This document shows positions 24,501 through 37,800 of a stretch of DNA of 64,000 nt, one piece after another. The DNA is from Lingula anatina (lineage: Eukaryota; Animalia; Brachiopoda). Below the pieces are notes generated by a model. It worked only from the letters and a program-made list of their open reading frames with translations. It did not search any database and was not told the origin of the DNA. Every line of letters begins with the position of its first letter. Position 1 is the first letter of the stretch. Both the position numbers and the translations under genes were made by a program. Location: positions 48,958,788 to 49,022,787 of the forward strand of contig CM120640.1 in the NCBI GenBank assembly GCA_051362555.1, given 5' to 3'.

Positions 24501-26174
24501 GTCGTGTTACTTCGGTTAGACCCGTTTATATTTTATTCTACCGTCTATTCCTGGTGTGTATAGGCGTATGGGAAGAGACGCACCTGTTCCTTAGTGCAGA
24601 CATTTTTAAAGTAGTAACGCCCAATAAGTAAATGTATATTTAAGGCATTATATCCTTGTTCAACAGCATTTTAAAGTCCAAATCAATGTCATTTACTTCG
24701 ATTTCTTAAAAAATATCTAATTTTGTAAAGGGGGAATAACTGATTCCAGAAATCATTTATTATATATTGATTTAGTGTTATTGACCACATAGGGTAAAAT
24801 AAAAGAAAATTATCATGTTATAATGAGAAATTTGGCGTTTTTAGTCATTGAACAGAAACTTAAGTTAATTTGCAGAAACAGCAACACACAGACTTCTTTT
24901 ACATTACGAACAAGAGAGAAAAAAATCTTCGGTACTGATAGGTACAGTAAAATAATTAAAGGTATCATATCCCGCCAAATCGAATTTTCACCTAAAAAAT
25001 TCTCATACGTGCGAATCATTGCTCCGTCCGTCCCTACAGGTGATTACGATGTTTTAGAGCGTTTAGACTGCCATGCCTGTCTACACAATTCAGACTGAAT
25101 TGCTGACATCAGATACTTGTTGTGGAGTTAAATTACCATCCAGACAACTTAGATGGTCACAGTTTTTCAACTGTTAGTCGACATGTTCTTTCTCTATGTG
25201 GGTCATCAGACACACTAATTGTCATTACAAATGCTCATGTCAATATATCACCTATAAATAGGCTATTTACCTTTTTTCACATCCTAAATTTGTGTCCCAT
25301 ACCGAGCATCTTCATGTGGACCAACTGGGCAACGGTAGTATCGTTATACTGATGTAGGACAGGCTGGGCTAGAAAACACTTATAAAACGGTGCGTGTGTT
25401 TTCAATGAGCCTAGTAGCAGATTAGATCATTCGGATTCGTGAAGGTACCTACAGATAGCAACCGCGACCCCCGCTCAGAAATTTGAGTCAGCGAAGGCCG
25501 TAGCAACGGTCCGGGTGCCATTACGTTACTGTTTGCGATGCACACAAAAAAGTGCAAACAAATATAGGTAGACACCCTAATAGGCCATTGCTTCATATCG
25601 TTTTGTTGTGTTACCAAATGAACTAAGCAAATACTACAGCATATTTATCATTATTGACATAAGTGCAGGTAAATATTCCTGCCACAATAAACAGTGACAA
25701 CTAGAGTAAGTAATGTGGAGAAAAAACTCACTTCACACAGTGATATTGGCAAACACACTAGTTTGGCCTTTTTTTATAAACAAATCATCCATCAAAAGCA
25801 CAAAATATTAAAGAGGTCCAAAAAGTCGTCAGTCAAGTTTCAGTCCGTATTCGCATTGTTAACCTTACTTTAGTCAGGTTTATGAGTTGTTGCGTTTTTA
25901 CTGAACTTCACTGATGGCACCAATCATAAAACCATAAAACTCAAGGTAAATTTCTTTTTATAAATTATATATTTTAGAGAGCAACAAGAAAACGATTAGG
26001 TCAAATTTTCAAAGCATCTTTCAGAAGACGGTAATAGTATTTTTAAAATTGTTATAAGAGTCAGCCTACATTCAAAAATACACATTCACACAAAGGACTA
26101 AAACATAAGTTACAGCCATTTTTTTTATTAAATATAAGATGTATATACTGTAGTAACAAGTGGTCCTCATTTAG

Positions 26175-26460
26175 ACATTAATAGGATTCTCATATAAACT
26201 AGGCGTGATTGAACACACGCGGATCAAAGCATAACAGCACTATTTTCATGCTCACATTTTGGCATACAATAAATACACTTTTTTCCAATAAAATTAATCA
26301 AATGTAACATTCATATTCATAACATTAATAGGATTCTCATATAAACTAGGCGTGATTGAACACACACAGATCAAAGCATAACAGCACTATTTTCATGCTC
26401 ACATTTTGGCATACAATAAATAAACTTCCAATAAAATTAATCAAACATAACATTCATATT
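26175..26460. repeat. Near-perfect 147-bp tandem duplication
   Basis: ACATTAATAGGATTCTCATATAAACTAGGCGTGATTGAACACAC... starts at 26175 and again at 26322. Confidence 0.9.
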
Positions 26461-26642
26461 GTTATTTTCTTCAGCATCTAGTATATTGTTCTATTGTTGA
26501 ATAATTTTACATGGGAACTTTGAATAACAATAAACTTGATAATCATAACAAACAATTTTGAGCAGCATCCCAGAGTGGTCAAAAATAAAATAACACAAAT
26601 AAGCATCAACATAAAATCATCCATTTCTACATGTACTCTGTC

Positions 26643-28743
26643 AAAACTAGAGGATCAGAGAGGCGATACCGCCTCCGAATATTGTACCACCAGCTGGAGC
26701 AAGCGCATTCGTATAGACCCCCACATACACAAAATAAGGGACACAGCCACCAGTCTTGACAAGCTATAAAAATGCAATCAACAAGAATTTTCAAAATACG
26801 CAAAAAATATATATAACTTAAAATGGTACAATCAAAGTTAAGTTCATCGTAAGGTAGGTCAAAGGTCAATTTCAAGGTCACAGTAAATTGCCAGTATATG
26901 ACTTCCTATTCAACTTCAATAGTAACTATGGACCTATCTCTGCCAGGTTTGGAGTTAAAAGAGAAAGAAACAAGAGTAACTATGGACCTATCTCTGCCAG
27001 TTTTGGAGATAAAAGGGAAGAAAAATTTGCAAAGTTCAATTCATGGTGAAAAGTAGGTCAAAGATTAATTTTAAGATCACATTAAGATTGCCAGTATATG
27101 ACTTCCTATTCAAGTTCAATAGTAACTATGGTCTTATCTCTGCCATTTTTGGAGATAAAAGGGAAGCAAAATTTGCAAAGTTCAGTTCATGGTGAAAAGT
27201 AGGTCAAAGGTCAATTTCAAGGTCACATTTAGATTGCCAGTATATGACTTTCTATTCAAGTTCAATAGTAACTATGGACCTATCTCAGCCAGTTTTGGAG
27301 ATAAAAGGGAAGCAAAATTTGCAAAGTTCAGTTCACGGTGAAAAGTAGGTCAAAGGTCAATTTTAAGATCACATTTAGATTGCCAGTATATGACTTTCTA
27401 TTCAAGTTCAATAGTAACTATGGACCTATCTCTGCCAGTTTTGGAGATACAAGGGAAGCAAAATTTGCAAAGTTCAGTTCATGGTGAAAAGTAGGTCAAA
27501 GGTCAATTTCAAGGTCACATTTAGATTGCCAGTATATGACTTTCTATTCAAGTTCAATAGTAACTATGGACCTATCTCAGCCAGTTTTGGAGATAAAAGG
27601 GAAACAAAATTTGCAAAGTTCAGTTCATGGTGAAAAGTAGGTCAAAGGTCAATTTCAAGGTCACAGTAAGATTGCCAGTATATGACTTCCTATTCAACTT
27701 CAATAGTAACTATGGACCTATTTCTGCCAGTTTTGGAGATATAAGGGACTTAATGTTATAATTTTAAAGTTACCATAATGTGCCTAAAATTTCGTACAGA
27801 AAAAATTAATTAAAATAAAGAAAATGTCATTTTGGTCAAAATTCTTGAAATAGGAGGTGCTCTGAAGTTTCAGAAGTTCAAATTTGATGAAATAATGTCA
27901 TTTTTGAACACAAGTTGTCTGCTTTGCCAAGCCTTATGTTTTATTTTTCCAGAGTTCAAAATTTATTATCCATTACCGTACTGCACATTTTGCTCTTACC
28001 ACCAATATGTACTTTTTGATACAGTGTAACTCGAAAACCGTATGGAATACAAAAAAACCGAGACCACCTCCAGTGTTGGGCTTAACATGCTCTACAAAAT
28101 GCAAAAAAGAATGGGTCTCTAGCATTAACGGTTCCCGAATTAGAGACAGTTTTCAGTTTCGGTATCTTATGGCCGCTACTCCCGTGAAAATGCACCGATT
28201 GACCCCAAATTCATGGAGATGAAAGATGACCTGAAGGGTAACACTTTCCAATAATATTATTGGTTAAGTCTGTGTGGTGTCTGAATAACAGGACAAAAAA
28301 AATTTTTTTCGTAAAAAATTTCATTTTTTTGAAAATTTTGGCCCATTTGACCTTGAAGTAAAGGTCAAAGGTCAAATCCAAGGGTATATTTGAAATCTAC
28401 ACATATGACTTTTGGAAAGCCGTCTATAGAAATTTTTCCCATAACTCCTTCCCTAGGGTAGATAATAAGCATTTAATTTTGCCATTTTTAGACAAGGGTG
28501 CATTGCAATGAGTGCCACACCCAGACCCCAATACCGACAAAGCCCAAATTTTACGTGGAACGAGTTGAGATTATAGGTGACCTAAATCCATGAGATGGGT
28601 ACGGGGGCCCTTACCGTCTAGGAGGAGAAGCGGTAACGGTAGCCGTCCGGCGGAGCCTGCGGAGCTGGCGGAGCCGGCAGAACGATCCGGACGGGACCGA
28701 AACCATGTGTACCGCCAGCGCTAACGCTGGTGGTACAATTAAA
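26643..28743 (-). mobile_element. Non-autonomous Helentron-associated element (HINE-like), about 2.1 kb, downstream of or within the TAPT1 3' region
   Basis: 14-bp subterminal IR ATTGTACCACCAGC (26681-26694) / GCTGGTGGTACAAT (28726-28739). Hairpin at 28708-28737, GC-rich microsatellite-like CGGCGGAGC tract, stem-loop GAGGCG-ATAC-CGCCTC (26660-26675) and a CTAGTTTT end on the minus strand. Confidence 0.8.
26853..27748. repeat. 146-bp tandem repeat array (about 6 units) inside the HINE
   Basis: AGGTCAAA recurs at 26856, 27055, 27201, 27347, 27493 and 27639. The period is exactly 146 after a first unit carrying a 53-bp internal duplication. Confidence 0.92.
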
Positions 28744-29064
28744 GCTCAAGCATGCACATTTCATTTTCACCAAAAACTAAGGACAGTTCATTTTGCCCAA
28801 AAAAATATATTATAAAAAAATTGATCAAAAGAAGAAAATAAATGCCTTATTTGTGGGGGAAAATATACTGTGACCCCCAAAAAGCACATTTTTTAAATTG
28901 CACATTCTCCATTAACCATTTGCTCTATACCTGAATGTCCCAACACACTTATATCATACTACATAAATTTACAGAAGTTCCAAATAGGAAAATACTGAGA
29001 TAAAGCTTAACATAGTACCCTCTACCCTCATCAATCTGTAAATATAATATAACATTTCAGCCAA

Positions 29065-32000
29065 TCAAACAATGCTGCTACTACACATAGTAAATCTATC
29101 AATTTCATTCAGGGTTTTGTTTGTTTTTGTTTTCTCTACTGCATCTAGTGTTGGGTCAGCAACACCAGTTTCTTCAGGTTTTCCTTCCTTGGGCACTGCA
29201 TCTTCAGAACATTCATTTTCTGCAGCCTCTGCCGCTTCCGAATCCTTTAAAAACTCTTCATTCAGATGGACACTCTTCAAACTGACCATGCTGTTAGAAA
29301 ACATAGGCTTCATTGCAGTCAATGACTTTTCTGGATGAAATGAACCAGACATGTCTGTTGGTAGATCTTCAGTTTGATCAAAACTACTCACATCCTCCGA
29401 TGACTGAGAAACATTCAACAGATCTTCTGTAAAGGAGGACTTCAGACCCTCTGCTAAGCTGCTCTGTTCATGTGCATGCTTGTGCTCCACATGCTGAAGT
29501 GACATTGACCTTGACCTTGGTTCAGGTTCAATATCATCGACGAAACTGGCAAATGTCACATTAGGTTGTGACCCATGAGTACCAGAATTTGTCCTTTTTC
29601 TGAGAATACTGGCATGGTCCTCACTCAGTGACCCTTTTCCTATTTGAAACAATGCTCTTCTGATGTCTGGGGATGATGGGGCTGGTGGTATAACTTCATC
29701 TTTTGGATCTGTTGAGGTTTTGCTTTTTGATTCTTGTTCTGCTCTGGCTTTTTGTTCCTTTATACAGTCTATTGCATGTCCAAGTAAGACAATGCTGTTA
29801 AAAACTTTGAATGTTATCAATCTGTAAAAAGAAAACGTAATTCTAAATAAAAAATATAAATGAACTGTATAATATAATACAAATTAGTTATATATGATAA
29901 GCCACTCCCCCTCAAAAAAACAAATACTGCTGAACAGCATTATGTTACTTTTTTCATAAAATAACCTTTTTAATCTGTCAAATATTTGAGATAAAAAATA
30001 TTTCAAAAATGATTTTCTTACCCAAAATAAATAAGAATAAGAATGATGATGTCAATTGCGCCTGCAAACTTTATGGATGTGTATATCATTTTAATCATGA
30101 GACATGTCAGTGGGAAAGGAATGAAGCCCATTCTCCTGGACACTTGGTCTGTGTGGTCAGATACAGCCTGAAATTAAAAGCATGCTTAGTGAAATGTATT
30201 CTCATTATAGTCATCTTGGCTGGTGTGATCTCTAAATGGTACTCATACTGTAATGAGTATAGACTCCATCAACTTACCTTTTTTAACTTGCTGTTTGCCA
30301 TGTCATATGCTAGACTTATTTTGTATTCCCTGTATACCTGAAACATATAAAGATATAGACAGCTGTGATTTGTCATAATATAAACTAATACATCACACAA
30401 AAACTAAGAACACGCAAGTCAGTTCAGATGCTGACGATTTTTAAATCAAATTAAAATATATAATAGTGGGAAATCAATTCTCAATCAACTGTTCTGATTC
30501 TTTTTAAGTGTTAAAATGTTGCATATTTTTATTTCTTCAAAGTAATTTCATTTTTGCACTAACCTCAGATGCTATAGCATTGAACTTAGTGATGAAGGCA
30601 TGCTTGACCCAGTCCACAACAACTTCTGCTAGCAGCACCATGATCATATCTGGGATGAGGAGCCAAAAGTGATCTGAAAATTGACAGCATGATTTTTTAA
30701 AATTCAAGTTGCCACGGGTAATCTAAACCACACACGTAACTTGAACAAAGCATTTCCCTGGCACCTACAAAGAGTGTAATGCAGATTTTTTCTTTAAAAT
30801 TTTATTGATGGAACTCTTAAGAATTTTATATTTCAATGATTAAGTACATTGAAATATAAAAAATGGAATGTTCTATACAAAAAATATTAATATAATAATA
30901 ATTATTATTATAATTAAAAATTTCTATGTCCATAACACTAATACAAGGGATAGTTCAATAGCATTAGCTATTCTGTCTCCATATGCTCACCCTTTGATAG
31001 GATAAAAATTAGAAAATTGCAACTTACCAATATTCCAAGAAAATTCAGCCATGTTTCTGACAAACACCATAGACAGTAGGATAATATAATGAAACCTCTC
31101 TCTGACATCTGCACAGGACATTTGAAACAGGTTGTTTTTATCAAATTTCCTAAACACAGTGCCCTTTACTTCAACAAACTTGAAATAAAAGAAAAAGGAA
31201 AGATGAATGTGAGAGAAGCACTTTTCACCTCACCATAAAATACATAATGGCTATCACACTTGAGGTTATACATTTACAATCAATGATACTGACAGGGTTT
31301 GGTTTTGTTTGCTAAATAGTCATACATAAAACTGTAACTTTTCCATACAAAACTGAACATGTGCACACAGCCTTAACTTATTATCAATAAGGTGTAAATG
31401 TTCTCTTTCATACTTACATTATTGGACATCATGATTGTCAAGAGAGATTTGTTGTGGGAATTGAAAGCCACATTAAGTGTAGTTGTCTGTAATAGCACCA
31501 GGATTGTATGCAGGACTGAGCAGTTTATTAAGGAAAAAGATAACTTGATTGGTATGTACACGTACATTAAGACCCTTTTGCTTAGTACCTATGCAATATA
31601 ATAGTACTGTTCCAACTGAATGCTTAACATATCAGTATAAGTTTATAAACATAACATTTTCAGTCACGAAGGACCAGCTAAATCAATATTGTTTTTAAAA
31701 TGCTTATTTTCTACATTACTTCAGTTGTTTTCAGTGTAGGATACAGACATACAAACAAGCCAGCAGGAGGTGTGGTATGACACCCACATGTTCTCTCCTC
31801 CTGCTGCGGGGCTCTGTGGCTGTCCAGAACAAGGAATCCAAAATATCCTGTCCAAAGGAGGAAAACAATTTGTCTGCTATCTGAAATGAAAGGAAAAATA
31901 ATTATTAAAAAAAAAACAATAATAAAATAAATTAATAAAAACTAGTACAGCATTAATTGTAGCAATCACATCTTATTAGGGGTGTATTTACGCTCAATAT

Positions 32001-34457
32001 AATGAATAAATAGTGCACTCACACACAACACCTAACCCAATCACCAACAATCATTTGCTGACACTGGTCTTTGTACTGAAATGAAAACATCTTTTTTTAG
32101 GAATGCATGTGTTTAAATTGAATATTTCCTACCTCTAGCATGTTGAAAAATATGTAGAGTTTTATGATGGCCTGGCCCCGAATTATGTGATACATCATAG
32201 ACGTGTCCACATAGCTGACTGCTACACACACTATGATAAGAATTAATACTTTCAGAATATCACAGATTTCTCCTGGCTCCAAGACCCTGGATCTGGAAAA
32301 ATAAAAGAAAAACAATTATACATTTACAAAATATATCAAACTATTGCCTTGCATCCCTTAAAGCTAGTGATTTTTTGCTATGATATTTCTAACACCCAAA
32401 ATAAAAAAACTGAAACAGTTGTGATAAAACCAGACAAAATTGATCAGTTGGTTTATGAGCAGCAACTCTCTGTAAACAGGGACTGTAAACAAAAAAAGAA
32501 TTTTGCTTTTTGAACAGTTATGTTTCATGAGCACAGCAGCCAAGTTCTAGAGTTGATAAAAAATTTTAAGGGGTGGAGAGGGATGTCAAATTTCTTCATA
32601 ATAAGTGTAAGTCATGCTTGTTAAACAACTTATCAATTTTCTCTGGCCTAAATGTTATTTTATTTCTCATCTGCATATACACCACAATTTATTTTTCAAC
32701 AACTCGGTCTGGATGAAGAGATAGTTGGCTAATCAATTACATCATGGTTAAAACTCCTACCTTCCAAACATAAAACCACATGGCTGGGTAACAATCTTGA
32801 AGATGCCTAACATGAACCTGAGAGGCAGGAATGTCAAAACATGGAGGAATGCATCCACACATAAGAAGAAGCCATATACCAAAAACTGAAACATAATTAA
32901 TGACTCATTTTACAAATCATATCACGTCACTTCAACAATTATTTTAATTTATTTCAGAGGTTGTCAGATTCGAGGGATTTAATATTAGACAAACATAATG
33001 GACAATGGACTATTTTTCTTGGTGTATTAAAAACAAACACTGCCCCACTAATCCCAAACCAGGTTTTTTCCTAGCTGGTTCAGTGTAATGTTAATATCAC
33101 TGGTTGAAAAGGCTTGAGATATTTTGCCTATGTGTGATATGCTTTTAAGCCAGTTCAGTAAGTTAATCACCGTTTCAAGCTCTCTTGGTGTTTTCATGAA
33201 TGTATAGACCCTTCTTCTCTTTTCTGAAAACTTTTCTTCTTCATGTTCCAATAGGTAACCTCTGGTAAGCTCAGCCTTGAGATATTTCAACATAGAGATC
33301 TCTGAAAAAAATTTCCAGTACAATTAATCATAGAAAAACAAGAGGATATAAACCCTAATCATTAAATAAATATTTTTTTAAATTTAGGCACAGAAAAAAG
33401 GATTAAATTGTATAAATTATGTAAGTTTTAAACACAATAGCAGCAAACAGATCTATGACTTTAATTACCTTACTAGGTTCTTACCTAGTGAGGCCTCATT
33501 CCACCCTGTGTTTCAAACTCTTGAGGCTATAAATAGTTATGTCCTGGCAAATTTGTGTATCCTTTATCGTTTTTTTTTTTTTTTTTTGGTATATTATTCA
33601 CATTTGAAGAGCTTTTGTAATTGGTTAAGTTTGACAATATTTAAGTATCTTGGATGAAGAAAATGCCAGTGATACCACTGACATATAAAGCTTTGTGAAT
33701 TTGTAACACAGGATTGAATGCATTGCAAGGTCAAAAACCAGACATACTAAAATGTGCAATGCAGCACAACACAGCACATTACACTAGAGAAAACAACTTC
33801 TAGACATGAGTAAACACTGGAAATAGTAATCAGCCACTAGCTTACAGATCTTCTTGCATTTTATAATGACAGACAACCTGTCAATTCAAAAACAAATTGT
33901 AATGATTTGTTAAGTTGGATCAACAATATTAATTACCTAGCAATATATTTCACTTACATCAACTTATTTCTTGTAAATTACCATTTCCAGTGTTTAATTG
34001 AACTTGGAGTCATTTCTCAAGTGTAATGCCCCGTGTTGCACTGCATTGAGCATTTTAGTATGACCAATTCAAAATTGAAGCAATGACTAAAATAATTTAA
34101 CTCCTTGCTTTAATAGGTTAGTCTTTTACTAGGAATAACAATAGCTGTAAAATATTACAAGATTATTTTTCACCCTCACAGCAAAACATAAAAAAACGAA
34201 GTCCACGGTCAGTTTGACATGTTTGCAAAATGAACTAATTAAAATACAATTTGATACACGTCATTCTAATCATTTTGCAAAAATTATACCAGTTGCAACA
34301 CTATTTGAATAGTGATTAACATTCGAAATTTACTTTTGTTTGTTTCATTCACTTCCAGTGGGCACTCCCCAATAACTGCACTGCCCACATTTTCTGGTGC
34401 CATTCTTTGTTCCGTTCTGTGAGCGGAGTTTTCGTCAGCATCGTTCCCCTCTTCCAT
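29065..34457 (-). CDS. TAPT1: Transmembrane anterior posterior transformation protein 1 homolog (TAPT1/Emp65, DUF747), about 665 aa, 11 coding exons
   Basis: Exons: 34457-34334, 33301-33171, 32885-32761, 32292-32133, 31880-31745, 31515-31418, 31178-31028, 30673-30564, 30337-30278, 30167-30022, 29821-29065. Phases are consistent (1998 nt). Family motifs include ELTRGYLLE, YGFFLCVDAFL..TFLPLR, YHIIRGQAIIKLYIFFNMLE, FSSFGQDILD, TTLNVAFNSHNKSLLTIMMSNNFVEVKG, VDWVKHAFITKFN and VSRRMGFIP. Confidence 0.95.
31516..31744 (-). other. U12-type (minor spliceosome) GT-AG intron in TAPT1 (intron 5)
   Basis: Donor GTATCCTA and branch site TTCCTTAAT about 10 nt before the 3' end, with no pyrimidine tract between branch site and CAG. 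Confidence 0.8.
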
Positions 34458-34829
34458 GCCTGTCCTTCTGTGTACAGCCCACTAGGCTTTCGCTGCACGT
34501 CTTTTCGACCTCATTTTCACAAAGATCTAGGCCGGTGGATACATCTGATGAAAAATACTTTTCGAGAATGTGAAAGGTGGAATATATTAAGAAATCAAAG
34601 CATTTACACATTGAAAAAATAACATGTAATAAGACAAGTCAAATATATGCCGAAGATGTAAGATTGATAACAAAGGGAAAAATACAAGTGGAGCGTGGGT
34701 TATCTTGTGTGACCTTCATACGGGACATTCACCATGGCAGATCCCTCGGGAAAGGGTGATTCATTTCATGATAGAGGAAGTCTACTTACAAACGTTGATA
34801 CTTTCTTGATGTAGGAAAAGGTATCGAAA
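34458..34829. promoter_or_regulatory. Bidirectional promoter region shared by TAPT1 and DOCK1-like
   Basis: The divergent start codons at 34457 (-) and 34830 (+) are only 372 bp apart, and the region is locally richer in CpG than the neighbouring introns. Confidence 0.75.
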
Positions 34830-37800
34830 ATGTGGTCAGAAACCGGGCCTTCCATGAAGTATGGCGTTGGTGAGTATTCCGATCTTTTGTTATAGAGATC
34901 GACCTGGACAGACACCGCTAGATCTCCCGGTCAAGTTCCCTAGACTTACCAACTAGTTCGACAACCAAATTGCAAGTGTCGGTTTCGTGTTTATGTTGTA
35001 ACTTGTACTGGTGGAGGAATTTTCACGTGTTTAAGATTCCTTGCCGTTTTGACTCGTGAATATGCAGTTGTGTTCAATGTGAACTTATTGAAGAATCAGG
35101 AACTTCTCATTCATACCGATTGTCATTATAAACCACGTTATTATGAGCAAATCTTATCTGAAGTGATCTATTGGGGGTGTTACCTATGTTTACATAAGTT
35201 CAATAAATACTCTTAAGTTTTGAGAACCAATACGATTCATATTGCGTATAATTAAGAAAAACAATGCTACTTATGATTTGTTTTATGCTGATCTTTTAAT
35301 TGATTGTTTTCATGATGAATTTATTATGACTGATGTAACAGCAGTGATGCATGCAAAGAATAAACATTTAAGTTTACTAACATAACTGCCACTTGAGATT
35401 TTGAGGACTCCAGAAGGAAAATTCTTGTATCTCTAAACTCTATGTTTATGGCTGTAGAATGCTTTTTGTTTATAAAAAATGGATTTAAATTTTTTCCTTA
35501 CATTAGCTGCATTTCACAGTCTGACAAATGAATACAATTAAAGTGCAGTCCAATGCATGCTCATTTTGAAATGAAAGTACAGATTGATTTCAATCCTGTG
35601 TAAATGAAATGAAACTACTTTCAATTTGTCCTAAATCCTAATTATTTTATTTTTTATAATGTTATGAGTATGAACAGCCAATGAGACGAATTGGTTTAAT
35701 ATATGACTGGAAACCAGAGCTAAGGTGGTCTTTATAATTTTATTTATTATATTTTAGCCATATACAACTACAAGGAAGATGGCCCTCATCGAATGAAACT
35801 CAGTGTTGGTGACACAGTGCATATTGTAGAACAGTGTGAAGGTATGGTGTACAAGTGGCAATTAAGAGTTAAATAATAAAGTGCCATTGTTGTAATTTTT
35901 TTCATTAGTTTTATCAAAGATTTTAACTATGATTGATTAATGGCAGGGTAGTTTTAAGGACAGAAGAATTAAAAGATGAGCAAATTTTAGGATCTATCAG
36001 AATAATCACACAGTGACAGCTAAAAATCACCATGGTAAATAGTAAAAAATCCATTGTCCTGGTTAAACCCTGTGTTCATTGCCCGTCTTGATCATGATCA
36101 AGATTGTACATTGCCATATTGGTCACTGTATGCACTGGAATCTAGAATGACAGTATTTACAACTAAGTGGATGCAAGAGTTTGCAAAATAATTTTTTGCA
36201 ATATTTTAGGTATTTAATAAATTATACAAACTGAATTTTTTTTCTGCATGAAAGAGTATATATGTTAAAATACCTCAGTCACTTTGTTTTAGCACTTAAT
36301 TCTTCAGATGTTCATAGAGAGCTACAAGAATGTCTTTTATCTCATTTGGAAAGGTTCCTAATGTGAATATTGATTTTTACCACGAGACCTGCAGTACACC
36401 ACTTTTGCAGTTTTGTGACATTCCCTTAAACATCTCTCTTTGTTTGAGTTATAAAAGGCTGTTATTTGGAATACCTTTCCTTTTTTTGTTTTGACAATTA
36501 AGGGATGTGTTTAACTGAAAAGACTCATATTTGTTCATATTTATTTTTGAGCTGTTTCATTTTTGTGTTGTGGACTGATCATATTGTACTTGTTGCAAGA
36601 TAAGTATGCAGCAGGTGTAAATTTATGTTTAGTTTGATTGATATTGCAAGAACTAACTGTCTGATAAGGAAGTTTATAACATGGACAATACATGTTATAT
36701 AGATGAAAAGTTAGATGTTGAACAGGTTTAGTACTATTGCGGCCTGGTTGTCTTTGAAAAAATGGGTCTAATTTAGTGAACAGTGCAGTCTTGTTTCAGT
36801 TTATTTAAATTGAGATGTCTCATTGACAAATGTGTTGTCATTTTTTATACCCTGACAGGCAGTTGTGTCTGCAAAGGTGCATTTAGTCATCACCTGAGTC
36901 AGTTCTGTCAATGATATACACTTGTCTAGAAATATTTCCCATTTTTGCATGTTCAAAGTGAAAATGATTGAATACATCATAGATGATAATAAATGGGCAG
37001 AAGCTTAGTTTAATCTATAAATGAAAAGTATTGTTTAAGCAGTGTTATTCTGCAAGTCATAGAATATTCACCTGCTGATGTCAAGGGGGTAATGTGATCC
37101 ATTCCCAGTTGTGAGGCTTTGCAGTGGTAACCATTATAGTAATATGATCTCAACTTGTACTTGATATAAGACATTTAAGCCATATTAATAGCACCTGACA
37201 ACCTTCAAGTTTGATGTTACATCAGTGAGGCACATAATCAGCAGATACTGCCTGGCATTTTACATGACAGCAGTAAGGACAGGACTGTTTAATATCATAT
37301 GCAACTCAACTTTGATTTCTAAAATAGAACACATAAAGCTATACAAAATTTTAATAAATTTGGAGCTAGCTTAGAAACACAGGTGTAGATGTATAGTTTA
37401 AATGGAAGGAATTTACTTCTTATCAATGCTATTTTTTGCGTGACCTTGTGTTTAAATTGAGCCATCATTGTATGCAAAACAGCATTTTTCATGGGTGTTG
37501 TATTAGTTGATTAGGTACTGTTGTTTTTATTATTTCATTTTAGTACTCTGTTTATTGTTGAGAGTATAAGCTTAATACGTATCCATCATACAAATATCAG
37601 TTCTCAGTAAGTGATTTTTATAAAAGGTATATATTAAGTTTGGAAAAGCAACTGCACTTCAGGTTTAATCCATTCATGTGGTCTGTTTCAAAAATGTTCT
37701 TTGTTATTAAAAATGCATGTCAGCATTGCTCTGTCACTCTTGCTTAGTGTAGATGTTTTGAATTACCCTTTTTACTGCAATTATGCATGGAACAATGAAT

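Noticed and set aside
25380-25620. CpG-rich patch with TAGCAAC half-sites
   Set aside because: It could be an enhancer or promoter, but no linked exon, RNA-gene fold or repeat boundary was identified.
13640-27748. 160-bp and 146-bp arrays as CRISPR-like arrays
   Set aside because: The units are contiguous full-length repeats without unique spacers, there are no cas genes, and the context is eukaryotic.
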